NCBI GenBank assembly: GCA_963674785.1
Contig: OY771555.1
Coordinates: 64,001 to 128,000, forward strand
Direction of reading: 5' to 3'
Source of the DNA: Caldisericia bacterium
GTDB taxonomy: Bacteria > Caldisericota > Caldisericia > JAAYUI01
DNA: 64,000 nt
Shown here: one piece after another, positions 8,305-17,897 of the stretch
Layout of the letters: each line of letters starts with the position of its first letter
Numbering within the stretch: position 1 is the first letter of the stretch
The notes under the pieces: model-generated
What the model was told of the DNA's origin: nothing
Databases searched by the model: none
Seen by the model: only the letters and a program-made list of their open reading frames with translations
Made by a program: the position numbers and the translations under genes

Positions 8305-11300
8305 TGAAAAAAGTTGTTTTATTTATTCTCATTTTTGTTCTGATTGCTGTTAACATAAACCTCATCTCCGCTGAAGACACAAGAAGATATATTGTCACCT
8401 ACCAACTGACAAACATTCGTCCAAAACCATCAACTTCATCAGAAAAAATTGCACGCGTCGATATTGGAAAAGAGTTTGAGATTGTTGGTGAGGAAACCGA
8501 TTCAGATGGCAAGGTGTGGTTCAAAATTGCATACAAACCTGATACAACTGCATATGTTGCCTCTTGGGTAGTAGACATCAAAACATCAAAGCCCCCCGAA
8601 ACGGTTGAAAATCTTAAGGTCATTATTGACCCAACTGTAAAAGTAAATATTCGAAGTAACAATTCAACCTCCTCAGATGTTGTCCTTGTTGTGAGACAAA
8701 GACAAGTTTTCCCAATTCTTGCTCAGGTATCAACACCTGATCTTTGGTACAAAATTGATATTGGTGATGGAAAGGTTGGATGGGTAAAAGCGGAAGTCAC
8801 AAAAGGAACAATCTCTGATAACGTAGAAAAAGAGACTGTTGAAGGAATGGTTGCACACATAAAACCTTTAGTCAACATCAGAGAACAACCCACAACAAAC
8901 TCGAGAAAAGTAACAAAAACCACATCTGCTATTCAACCGTTTGTTATCTCAAAAACAACAGGCGCTGATGATGGAAAAATCTGGTACGAGATCGAACTAC
9001 CAACAAATCAAATCGGCTGGGTCAGGTCAGACATGGCAACCCTCACACAGAAAGAATCTGCAACCTCAATCAAGGACAAAGCAGCAATAATTCCTGCCAA
9101 TCTGAATATCAGAAAAGAGGCAGGTACAAACCACGAGATTCTGTTTAAAACAAAATCAGAACAGAAGTATCCAGTTTTATCAATGCTCCCGGACGTAAAT
9201 GGTGACATTTGGTATCAAGTCCAAACTGAAAACGATATAGGTTGGGTTCTTGGTTCATACGTCAAACTTGTTTCGACAAGTAATTACAACACGGTAAATT
9301 CTGGCGCAAAACTTCTTCTTTCACCGACCGAGGGTTCAAAACTAATCATCACCCAACAAGCAAACGAAAGATGTGGAATATCAGGATCAGCAATCGATGC
9401 CAATGGAAAATCTTGGTATCTTGTAACAACTAGCAAAAAAACTGGATGGGTTGTCGAAACCCAGGTCACCGTCAAAACATACATCGATAAACCAGCAATA
9501 AGGACTGGTGAAACTGTCTCACTTCAGAGAAGCACAAAGTTGCTTTCCGCACCACTTGAAGGAAGCGAGAGCATAAAAGATTTATTCAAAGGTGCAACGG
9601 GAACAATAAAAGCAACTGCACTTCGGGATAACAATACACTCTATCTGCAAATCCACACAGGAGACGACATCGGTTGGGTGAAAGCGGAAACAACAGAGAA
9701 ACACTACGAACAAAAAAGTAATCTTGCTGTTGATGTTGGTCAAATGAAACACACCAAAAAAGAGGGTTTAAATGAATTCACACTTGATGTCTCCTCGAAA
9801 CCAGAAGTCGAAATCAAAAACTATAGCGATGACCCAAGAATCGTAATGAAAATAAAAAACGCTGTTTCAACCAGCAGAGACCCCCTGAGTGTCGTCACTT
9901 CACTCATATCAAACGTATTGGTCGACCTTGATGTTTCAGAAAAAGAATTGACATACACATTCAAACTGAATAGACCCGCTGGATATTACCTTTATCCACT
10001 GACAAAAAGCTCAAAAATGATAAAACTGGAAATCTTTGAAAAACCTCCAGAAAATGAGATCAAGCTATATATCCAAGGTCAACCGGTTTTCTCATCAACT
10101 CCTCCAATAAATGAAGAAGGCGCAATCCTTGTACCACTCGAATCCATTGCATCAAGGATTGGTGCTCTTGTTTACGCAACAAACATTGAAAAAGGGATAT
10201 TTGAACTAAAAACAGAACATATCAATCTTACATTCACACAAAACAAATCGATGGTTGAGTTCACACAAATTCCAAGTGGTCACTCGGGAGAGGATAATAA
10301 ATTCTATCCTGTGCCAAGATTTTCTGATGATGATGACAAAGTTTTTTATGTACCACTTGAACATCTGGCAAGACATCTTAATTTTAAGTATTACTACTAC
10401 CCACAGAAAAATGAAATCCATCTCGACCCAATCGTTGATAAGATCGAGATTGGTGGATGTTCAAACTCAAGCGACACATGCAAAACAATTGCAACTAATA
10501 TTTCACTGATTGCTGATTATAAATCAGAAGAGCTTTCCGATGGAAGAGAAAAGATCACGATCAACAACACGGTTTTGGGTGAAAATGTTGTAAGGGATGT
10601 TGATGAAACAAGAGTAAAAATCGAAACAGTAGTTAGAACTCAGGAAACACCATCAAAGGTCATTCTCTATATTGTCAAAAAAGATAATGAAAGCATTAGC
10701 GTTGGAGAGTTGAAAAACCCTAATCGATTGATCATTCAAATCTATGAGCAGGTAAGACAGGGACTCTCTGGGAAAACAATCATCATTGACCCCGGTCACG
10801 GTAACCTCATTACAAACGGTGCTTATGATCATGGCTGTATAACTGAAAAAGGAATTAAGGAATCTGATGTTTCTTTGAAAATCGCACAGTCTCTTCAAAA
10901 AATCCTAAACGAGAAGGGTGCAACTGTTGTACTGACAAGAAACTCAGCTATAAGCGAAGATGCAACACTCGATAACAGACTCACCCTTGCAAATGGTGGT
11001 GGTTCGCACATGTTCATCTCAATTCACACTGGGTTTTCAAGAGACCCCAAGATGCAAGGCTGCAGGACATTCTTTTATGCACCCCTTGGCGAAAGACTTG
11101 CAAATCTTATTCAACCTGCAATCTCGAAATCCACTGGTTTTACGAACCTAGGAGTTTTCAAAAGAAATTACTACATGTGCAGAAAGATTTCAGGGATTCC
11201 TTCTGTGCTTGTTGAACCATTTTTTCTTAGCAACACCCAGGGAGAAAGCTTTTCCGGAAACCAAAAAAACATTGACAATCTGTCAAAAAATATTAGCCAA

Positions 11301-11333
11301 GCAATAATAGATTATTTTGAGGAGATACCATGA
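8304..11333 (+). CDS. N-acetylmuramoyl-L-alanine amidase with multiple SH3b domains, AMIN-like and copper-amine-oxidase-N (stalk) domains
   Basis: Signal peptide; about 6 SH3b-like repeats (NIR..P....W(Y/F).I...GWV); ILVPLESIA and FYVPLEHLA stalk motifs; Amidase_3 residues IDPGHG, KESDV, ISIH, VLVE. Confidence 0.88.
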   Translation: MKKVVLFILIFVLIAVNINLISAEDTRRYIVTYQLTNIRPKPSTSSEKIARVDIGKEFEIVGEETDSDGKVWFKIAYKPDTTAYVASWVVDIKTSKPPETVENLKVIIDPTVKVNIRSNNSTSSDVVLVVRQRQVFPILAQVSTPDLWYKIDIGDGKVGWVKAEVTKGTISDNVEKETVEGMVAHIKPLVNIREQPTTNSRKVTKTTSAIQPFVISKTTGADDGKIWYEIELPTNQIGWVRSDMATLTQKESATSIKDKAAIIPANLNIRKEAGTNHEILFKTKSEQKYPVLSMLPDVNGDIWYQVQTENDIGWVLGSYVKLVSTSNYNTVNSGAKLLLSPTEGSKLIITQQANERCGISGSAIDANGKSWYLVTTSKKTGWVVETQVTVKTYIDKPAIRTGETVSLQRSTKLLSAPLEGSESIKDLFKGATGTIKATALRDNNTLYLQIHTGDDIGWVKAETTEKHYEQKSNLAVDVGQMKHTKKEGLNEFTLDVSSKPEVEIKNYSDDPRIVMKIKNAVSTSRDPLSVVTSLISNVLVDLDVSEKELTYTFKLNRPAGYYLYPLTKSSKMIKLEIFEKPPENEIKLYIQGQPVFSSTPPINEEGAILVPLESIASRIGALVYATNIEKGIFELKTEHINLTFTQNKSMVEFTQIPSGHSGEDNKFYPVPRFSDDDDKVFYVPLEHLARHLNFKYYYYPQKNEIHLDPIVDKIEIGGCSNSSDTCKTIATNISLIADYKSEELSDGREKITINNTVLGENVVRDVDETRVKIETVVRTQETPSKVILYIVKKDNESISVGELKNPNRLIIQIYEQVRQGLSGKTIIIDPGHGNLITNGAYDHGCITEKGIKESDVSLKIAQSLQKILNEKGATVVLTRNSAISEDATLDNRLTLANGGGSHMFISIHTGFSRDPKMQGCRTFFYAPLGERLANLIQPAISKSTGFTNLGVFKRNYYMCRKISGIPSVLVEPFFLSNTQGESFSGNQKNIDNLSKNISQAIIDYFEEIP

Positions 11334-12040
11334 GAAATGATGGAAGAAATTTTGATGAACTAAGAAACATAGAAGTTTTAACAGACACAATGAAATATGC
11401 AGATGGTTCTGCGGAAATCATCTGGGGAAACACCCGGGTTATCTGTACCGCCTCCTGGGAGCCAAAAGTTCCACCATGGATGAAAGGTGAAGGGCAGGGC
11501 TGGATTACTGCAGAATACGGCATGCTTCCACGTTCCTCAGCCCAAAGAATTCAAAGAGATATTAACAGACTCAAGAAAGCCCCAAGGTCTGTTGAGATTC
11601 AAAGGCTCATCGGGAGAACAATCAGGTCTGTTGTTGACCTTGAAAAAATGGGCGAAAACACAATGACAATTGATTGTGACGTCATCCAGGCAGACGGCGG
11701 GACAAGGGTTGCTTCAATTGTTGGCGGATTCATTGCTATGGTTCAAGCCTTCAGGTCAATAAATGACGGTATGGTTCCCATAAATGATTATCTTGGTGCT
11801 GTTTCTCTTGGTATCATTAATGGTGAGAATCTTCTTGACCTCTGTTATGAAGAGGATTTCAGAGCTGAGGCAGACATGAATTTTATCATGTCTGGCAAAG
11901 GTGAGATTGTAGAGATTCAGGTAACAGCAGAGGAAAAGCCATTTTCTCTCGAAACATTCAACTCACTGGTGAAACTCGCATCAAAAGGAATCATGGAGAT
12001 TGTTGAGATTCAAAAGAAGGTTTTGGGGGAGTTGAAGTAA
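11330..12040 (+). CDS. rph: Ribonuclease PH
   Basis: GWITAEYGMLP, EIQRLIGRTIR, DCDVIQADGGTRVAS, LDLCYEED. Confidence 0.96.
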   Translation: MRNDGRNFDELRNIEVLTDTMKYADGSAEIIWGNTRVICTASWEPKVPPWMKGEGQGWITAEYGMLPRSSAQRIQRDINRLKKAPRSVEIQRLIGRTIRSVVDLEKMGENTMTIDCDVIQADGGTRVASIVGGFIAMVQAFRSINDGMVPINDYLGAVSLGIINGENLLDLCYEEDFRAEADMNFIMSGKGEIVEIQVTAEEKPFSLETFNSLVKLASKGIMEIVEIQKKVLGELK

Positions 12041-12115
12041 GATAGAGTCACCAAAAACAAACAAAAGCATCTTCATTGTGTCAAATCCTGTACCCGATTT
12101 TGGGAGAAAGGAATC

Positions 12116-13746
12116 GTGATGGGATTTAAAGGCTTTGCCAAGTCTATAGCTTTTGTTCTTGGATGTTTGATGTTTGTTTCGATAATCGGTTGTGGGAATA
12201 GTTATGTCTACTCACCAACTCCTGACACGTACAGATGGGTAACCATTAATGGAGAGGATTACAACCCGAACTTGGATACAAATGCACCTATGTTTGAGGA
12301 GGGGAAAACACCTGATATTATCAGTGATTTTGTTTTTAAAGGTGATACAATTTACTTTCTTATAAGAGAGGAAAACTCAAACAAATTCATCAGATGTGTA
12401 AAGTATATCGATGGAAAGATACTCAATCTTGATGATACAAAATGGAAATCGAGTCCAACAAAACTATTTTTGTCACCTTTCAATGAAGCAAATGAACCAA
12501 GTTCATTTGCAATCGATTCAAATGGTTTTCCGCACATTGTATGGTCAGATAAACCTGAATATATAAAGACTTTGGATCACAACAAGGATATCTACTATGC
12601 GAAATGGGATGGACAAGATTGGTACACTATCCAAGGTCAAAAAGTAAACATAGAATCTGATAATGCAAATGTTTCAAGAAATGTTGAGATTTGCTCAACA
12701 TATTCGCCAAGAATTGCACTAGGTTCAAAAGATAATCCCCATATTGTTTGGCGTTCGCATAACCGTGAAAATCAATCTGAAGAATATATATATCTAAACT
12801 ATCTGAAATGGGGTGGTAAAAACTGGTTAACTTCCGATGGCACCCAATACAAACCACGAAGCAACTCAGACTCAATCGTTGGGAGATTCAGCAATGCTGA
12901 AATAAGTGGTGATTATTTTTCCACATTCCCCATCATTAAGATGGATAAAGATGATAATCCTCACATTTTTGGAACTACAAAAATACAGGTAAGACAGAAG
13001 ATATTGAATACGAGTTTTATGAGAAAATGTATATCAAGTGGACAGATGAGGACGGTTGGGTTTTCAATAATGGGAACCTCTGGGATCCAACTATTCGATT
13101 TCTGAATCTCAATAACAATATCCAATCATTATTTATAACATCAGATTTTTCAATTGACAGTCATGGAGATACTTATCTTGCTTGGCTAGGTTTTTTTGAT
13201 GAGTACCCATCATTTGGCATATTTATAATCAAGAATGTCGATGGTGAATGGAGAACTTTGAATGGTGAAAAATGGGACTCCGCCAATCCAAAGAACGCAC
13301 TTGTTGAATCGTTAGGACTTTATTCTGCTGATAGATATTCACTCAAATCATGTGATATTCAGATAAGCGTTGATAGAAATAACAATCTACATTTACTTCT
13401 TAGTAATGGTGAAAGCTCGAATAGAAATATTCAACAATTAGAAAACCCATGTTTGTATTATTTCAAATCTGATGGTGAAAACTGGTATTCAATCGATGGG
13501 CAAACAAATGAATCAAACATGAAGGATTTTGGCTTGATACACAGAGGCTCAATAGAAAAGGGGATGCTACAATCATACCTACTTCTAGATGATCAATATA
13601 ATCCCCATATCATATGGAGGGGAACCAGCATTAAGGAGCTAGATAATTTTAATTATATAAAAGCAATTAAGCATACTAATAACTGGAACCCAATACACCC
13701 CAAAAAAAGCATTTGCAAAAAACAGTTATTCCTGCTATCTTGGTAA
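12116..13746 (+). pseudogene. Beta-propeller lipoprotein split by a -1 frameshift (ORFs 12116-13105 and 13027-13746)
   Basis: Lipobox IIGC. Blade repeat (I/L)DS.(G/D).PHI(V/I)W...Y.KW.G..W continues across both ORFs. Adding one T to the T5 run at 12966-12970 restores PHIFW and joins the frames. Confidence 0.7.
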
Positions 13747-13767
13747 TTGGGATAGGAGGGGTATGTT

Positions 13768-14277
13768 ATGAAGATCAGTATCTTTGAACATATGAAAAGA
13801 TGTAGGATTTGTGGGGAGAAGTCTAGCTACACTGTTTGTCAAAATTATGCATCGGAAACAGAGCTTCAACTCATGAGGGAGATTGAGTCAATCAACAAGA
13901 AGATTTCGGAAAATACTAAGAGACTTTTTAAGTGTAAGCTTAAATTACCAAAACTAAATCCGTATTTTATCATGGCATTTTTGCTTCTATGGTTATTCTT
14001 CACACACTCGTTCCTTTTTGCGAAATTCGTCCATGAGCCAATTGTAATGATTTTTATTGCAGCATTGTCAATTCTATTTTTGATTTTTTCAGTCTATTTC
14101 TGGATTTTCTTTCCGATGGACAACATCAAAAACGGTGTCGAGTTCATGGACGCAAAACATCAAAATCTCATCCTCAAAAGACACAGAAAATACTACCTAA
14201 AGATGCTCAAAAAAACACCTGAGAGCTGGACAAAACTCGACCTAATGAAGATAAAGTTTGAGACACTTGAGGCTTAG
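13768..14277 (+). CDS. Hypothetical zinc-ribbon / coiled-coil / two-TM protein (paralogue 1)
   Basis: AGGAGG RBS; CRIC...VCQN; two TM helices; C-terminal KKTPESWTKLDL. Confidence 0.6.
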   Translation: MKISIFEHMKRCRICGEKSSYTVCQNYASETELQLMREIESINKKISENTKRLFKCKLKLPKLNPYFIMAFLLLWLFFTHSFLFAKFVHEPIVMIFIAALSILFLIFSVYFWIFFPMDNIKNGVEFMDAKHQNLILKRHRKYYLKMLKKTPESWTKLDLMKIKFETLEA

Positions 14278-14283
14278 GGGAGG

Positions 14284-14796
14284 ATGAACATGAAGTGTAG
14301 AAAATGTAATGAACAATCACCGTTTCCAGTTTGCCCAGAGTGTGCAAACGATCAGGAACTTGAAATAATAGAAACAATTGTCAAAATCGATGAAACCATA
14401 AGGGTCGACCGTGATCGAAAAAAGGTTCTGTTCGAGTATGTGTTCCCACTAACAAAACCAATGATCATTGCATTTATTCTCTTCGCATTAAGCATCATTA
14501 CTTCGAATTATCTAAACTCAGCCATTCTTCCAATTGTTTCAATGGTTTTAGCTGTTTCACTTTTTATTTACTCTTGGATAATCCATCTTCCGCTCAAGTC
14601 TGAAGCGATTGAAGACTACAGAGACATGAAAATCAGAATTGACCAACTCAAAAAAAGGAAAGAGTTTTTGCTTGATCTTCTAAAGAACTCGCCTGAAAAA
14701 TGGTCGGAAGCTGAGCTTCAGGTTGTCAGAAGTAACATTTTTGCAGACGGTGAGGGAGGATATGATTATGATCCGATCGAGGTTTATTTGAGGTAG
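14284..14796 (+). CDS. Hypothetical zinc-ribbon / coiled-coil / two-TM protein (paralogue 2)
   Basis: GGGGAGG RBS; CRKC...VCPEC; two TM helices; C-terminal KNSPEKWSEAEL. Confidence 0.62.
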   Translation: MNMKCRKCNEQSPFPVCPECANDQELEIIETIVKIDETIRVDRDRKKVLFEYVFPLTKPMIIAFILFALSIITSNYLNSAILPIVSMVLAVSLFIYSWIIHLPLKSEAIEDYRDMKIRIDQLKKRKEFLLDLLKNSPEKWSEAELQVVRSNIFADGEGGYDYDPIEVYLR

Positions 14797-14805
14797 CTGA
14801 AGAAT

Positions 14806-16485
14806 CTATTCAGTTTTTTTCGCTATTTCTGTCAGCAATCCTTTCGAAATATCAAACTCATAATCATAAAACTTCTCGATTACCTTATCTCCTGGTATGA
14901 TCATTTTCGCATGAATAAGGATTATGTCTTTATCATCGGTATAATCCCATTCAGTGATATAGTAATTATCCCTAAATGGTGTGGTTATCTCATAATACGG
15001 CTCATCAACCCCTGGTTTGAAAAGTCTGAATCTGTTATCTGGCATAAACGGCATACAGAGGATTCCATGTTTGCTGAAGCAATAGAAATCAGGGAAGAAG
15101 TGTTTTCTACAGTCGCCCGATAATTGATACATCGCTTGGATATAGTAGCTGTACGGCTCAAACATCTCTGATTTCATGTTATAAATATCGATCCTATGGT
15201 GATATTCACCATTTCGAATCTCTGGAATCAAATGATATCTGAAATCACCAATCTCCTGATAGCTCATGACATCATCGGTTTTCATTTTCCAAATGTACTT
15301 GAACGTTTTCACATCAAAAGCTTCCAAGTAACCACCGTGCATGTAAATCATTACTCCATTATCTCTAATACTTGGAACCCGCCCATTACCGGCACCCATA
15401 TTTTCTTCAAACTCATAAATTATTTTGTCTCTTGTGATATCAACCAAATACGCTTTGTAACCAGTGATAACAAGCAAAATATCATCGAGAATATCTTTAA
15501 ATGCAAATTCAATACTACTGCCCAAATCTCCATTGAAATTATGAAGACTGATGACAAAGAACTCTGATTCGCCAGTTTCAATATTGAATTTATCTATCTC
15601 GCATTTTTTCCCGGTATTGAATTTATCAGGTTCATAATCAATCACTTTCATGAAATAAAATAGATTTCCCCGTGAAAGCGTTGTGAAAAATTCCCGACTG
15701 GAAAGCCCTTCAAGTGAAAACTCTTTCACAACTTTCCAATCACTTGTCTTGATAAATGTCATTTTTTGAACAGGTGACTTCCAACTCATGAAAATAAAAA
15801 AGTGGTCACTAAAACCGTAAAGCTTCCCATACTCCCCAGGGACATCACAAACAATTTTTCCATTCCTCACATCTACAATCTGTTTAAACCCATTTTCATG
15901 AGAATTCCCCAAAAGGATATAGTTCTCCCTGATTTTTCTAGAATATATCTTATCACTTGATTTCACTTCCTCATCAACTTCAATCTCCCATTTGACAGAG
16001 CAATCATCAAGATAATAAGCAACCAACTTTTTATCATCATTGTCTACTTCAACCAAAAAAGGTCTTTTGTCCCAGAAAAGCATTCCGGCATCTTCACAAA
16101 AATTGTAGTCTGTTCTTTTTCCGTCAAAACCAATATGAACAATGATTCTGTTACCCTCATCATCAATCGGATATTTTGAGAAAACCACACCATCTTCAAC
16201 AATCATTGGTGACCAATAATTATTCTGCTCGCTTAATTTTGGTAATTCACAATCAAGAAGAATTTCCGCTGTTTCTGCATCCCGCAAGTGAAATCTGCCC
16301 TTATCGAGAATGTAGAATGATAGATATGGGTCGTGAGAAGAAAGGTTATCACCGGCAGGTGAGGGATAATAAAACTCCGATACCCCTTTTTGAAATTTCC
16401 ATCTGCCCTCTTTTGCCCTGCTGACCCCAGCCACACCAAGTAGAAGCACCATCACCAGAAATATTGCAATATATCTTCTTTTCAT
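14806..16485 (-). CDS. Secreted hypothetical protein, probably a PQQ-like beta-propeller
   Basis: Signal peptide; blade-like motifs LVAYYLDDCSVKW and LEAFDVKTFKYIW. Confidence 0.55.
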   Translation of the reverse strand: MKRRYIAIFLVMVLLLGVAGVSRAKEGRWKFQKGVSEFYYPSPAGDNLSSHDPYLSFYILDKGRFHLRDAETAEILLDCELPKLSEQNNYWSPMIVEDGVVFSKYPIDDEGNRIIVHIGFDGKRTDYNFCEDAGMLFWDKRPFLVEVDNDDKKLVAYYLDDCSVKWEIEVDEEVKSSDKIYSRKIRENYILLGNSHENGFKQIVDVRNGKIVCDVPGEYGKLYGFSDHFFIFMSWKSPVQKMTFIKTSDWKVVKEFSLEGLSSREFFTTLSRGNLFYFMKVIDYEPDKFNTGKKCEIDKFNIETGESEFFVISLHNFNGDLGSSIEFAFKDILDDILLVITGYKAYLVDITRDKIIYEFEENMGAGNGRVPSIRDNGVMIYMHGGYLEAFDVKTFKYIWKMKTDDVMSYQEIGDFRYHLIPEIRNGEYHHRIDIYNMKSEMFEPYSYYIQAMYQLSGDCRKHFFPDFYCFSKHGILCMPFMPDNRFRLFKPGVDEPYYEITTPFRDNYYITEWDYTDDKDIILIHAKMIIPGDKVIEKFYDYEFDISKGLLTEIAKKTE

Positions 16486-16544
16486 AACTCACCCCATTTG
16501 TTTCTACTATCTAATACTCGGTCGGGGTGGAAAATGTTGAGTGA

Positions 16545-17549
16545 TTATTTTTGGAGGGAGATGATTTCTTTTACTTTTTCTGGATTCTCTTTGACCCAAA
16601 AATACTTTCGTGTTTTCGATGTTATTGAAACCTTATAAGCATCTGCACCTTCATATTTTGAATTCTTATCCGAGTATTCTAAAAAATCCCATTGCCACAA
16701 TTGTGATATTGGAATCCTATTTTTTTCATTTGTAATTTCTTCAAGATCAAAATATTCAAAAAAACCTTTCTTTTCTTTTTGTAAACGTATAAAGTAGCTA
16801 TCTTGTTTATCAAAATTAAATCTGTAGTTGCTGTCATCTTTTAAGATAAATGTTGGAATATTCCAAATTAGTTTCAATAACCCCCAATCAAATTCATCGA
16901 AGTTTTTGCTATCCTCATAGATTTCTTTTATTTCAGTTATAAACAAGTCTTTATCGCTACTTCTTAAATGCCTGAGTAATTGTTTACCTTCTTCAAGGAT
17001 TACACAAAACTCTCCTTGAGTTGGATCGGTATCAAATCCCAAACAATTGTTATTCTTTAGCCCGTTAATAAGAGATGACCCGATTTTTTGTAGGTCAAAA
17101 AAAATTGAATATTCTCCAGATTGACCAAACCCTCCTCCATCTGCACCACTTTGACTATAGTAAAGCTTAGGAAACAAATCGATTGCTGATAAGAACATTC
17201 TATGTTCACTTCCAAGATTAGTAAGAAGTTTCATTAAATTTGTTTTTTTACCGCTTTCAGGCGTAAGAATAGTTGGATTATTGCTCGCAAGAGTCATCGC
17301 AATCTCATTGCTCCCCTGTAATGCAACAGCAAGTTGTTCATTAACAGATTTAGTTATTAACCCATCTATTCCCTCAAGCTTCTTGTCAAGTTTTAGATAT
17401 GATGCTTCTGCTTTTTCAGATTCTCTATTGGCAATTCTTATCGATTTGTAAGCCAAATAAATGGACACTAATCCTAAAACAATCCCAACAACACTTCCAA
17501 TACTTTGAAGGTTCTCTAGAAACCAAACCCAAGCAACTTTTATCCACAT
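16545..17549 (-). CDS. Hypothetical single-TM protein (start uncertain, probably ATG 17549)
   Basis: Long ORF with an N-terminal TM and coiled coil; visibly AT-rich. The ORF-track start at 17597 lies inside a hairpin. Confidence 0.55.
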   Translation of the reverse strand: MWIKVAWVWFLENLQSIGSVVGIVLGLVSIYLAYKSIRIANRESEKAEASYLKLDKKLEGIDGLITKSVNEQLAVALQGSNEIAMTLASNNPTILTPESGKKTNLMKLLTNLGSEHRMFLSAIDLFPKLYYSQSGADGGGFGQSGEYSIFFDLQKIGSSLINGLKNNNCLGFDTDPTQGEFCVILEEGKQLLRHLRSSDKDLFITEIKEIYEDSKNFDEFDWGLLKLIWNIPTFILKDDSNYRFNFDKQDSYFIRLQKEKKGFFEYFDLEEITNEKNRIPISQLWQWDFLEYSDKNSKYEGADAYKVSITSKTRKYFWVKENPEKVKEIISLQK

Positions 17550-17569
17550 TACTCTCAACTCCCAAACAC

Positions 17570-17597
17570 TTGGTGGCTGATTTTCACCAGCCACCAA
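17570..17597 (-). terminator. Hairpin downstream of fixX, possible terminator
   Basis: TTGGTGGCTG-N8-CAGCCACCAA perfect 10-bp stem; weak U tract. Confidence 0.5.
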
Positions 17598-17612
17598 AAC
17601 AATTATCTAAAT

Positions 17613-17897
17613 CTATCCCAACTTAAACATCACACCATAACCACCTCTGGGGAAGTTCCATGTGATGTTGCTATATGGGCAACCGATGCGGCAGCTGCCA
17701 CATTCAAGGCACCCTTCATACACGACATCGATGTGGTCTTCTTCCCAGATATAGACCTTTGCCGGGCAGAAGATGGTGCAGGGTTGACCATGCTCCTCCA
17801 TGCATTTTTTGCAGATTGACTGGTCTGCAATTTTGAGATGTGGAGTTTCATCAACTTTGAATCGGGTGGTGTACAGTTTGTCTTCAATTTTGCTCAT
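17613..17897 (-). CDS. fixX: Ferredoxin-like protein FixX
   Basis: Start MSKIEDK in an ATGA overlap with fixC; CKKC, CTIFCPAKVY, YEGCLECGSCRIGC, FPRGGYGV. Confidence 0.9.
   Translation of the reverse strand: MSKIEDKLYTTRFKVDETPHLKIADQSICKKCMEEHGQPCTIFCPAKVYIWEEDHIDVVYEGCLECGSCRIGCPYSNITWNFPRGGYGVMFKLG

Noticed and set aside
13695-13746. Possible second frameshift at CCCCAAAAAAA near the end of ORF 13027-13746
   Set aside because: The tail looks odd, but no alternative frame gives a convincing continuation before the next gene; it cannot be supported without homologues.
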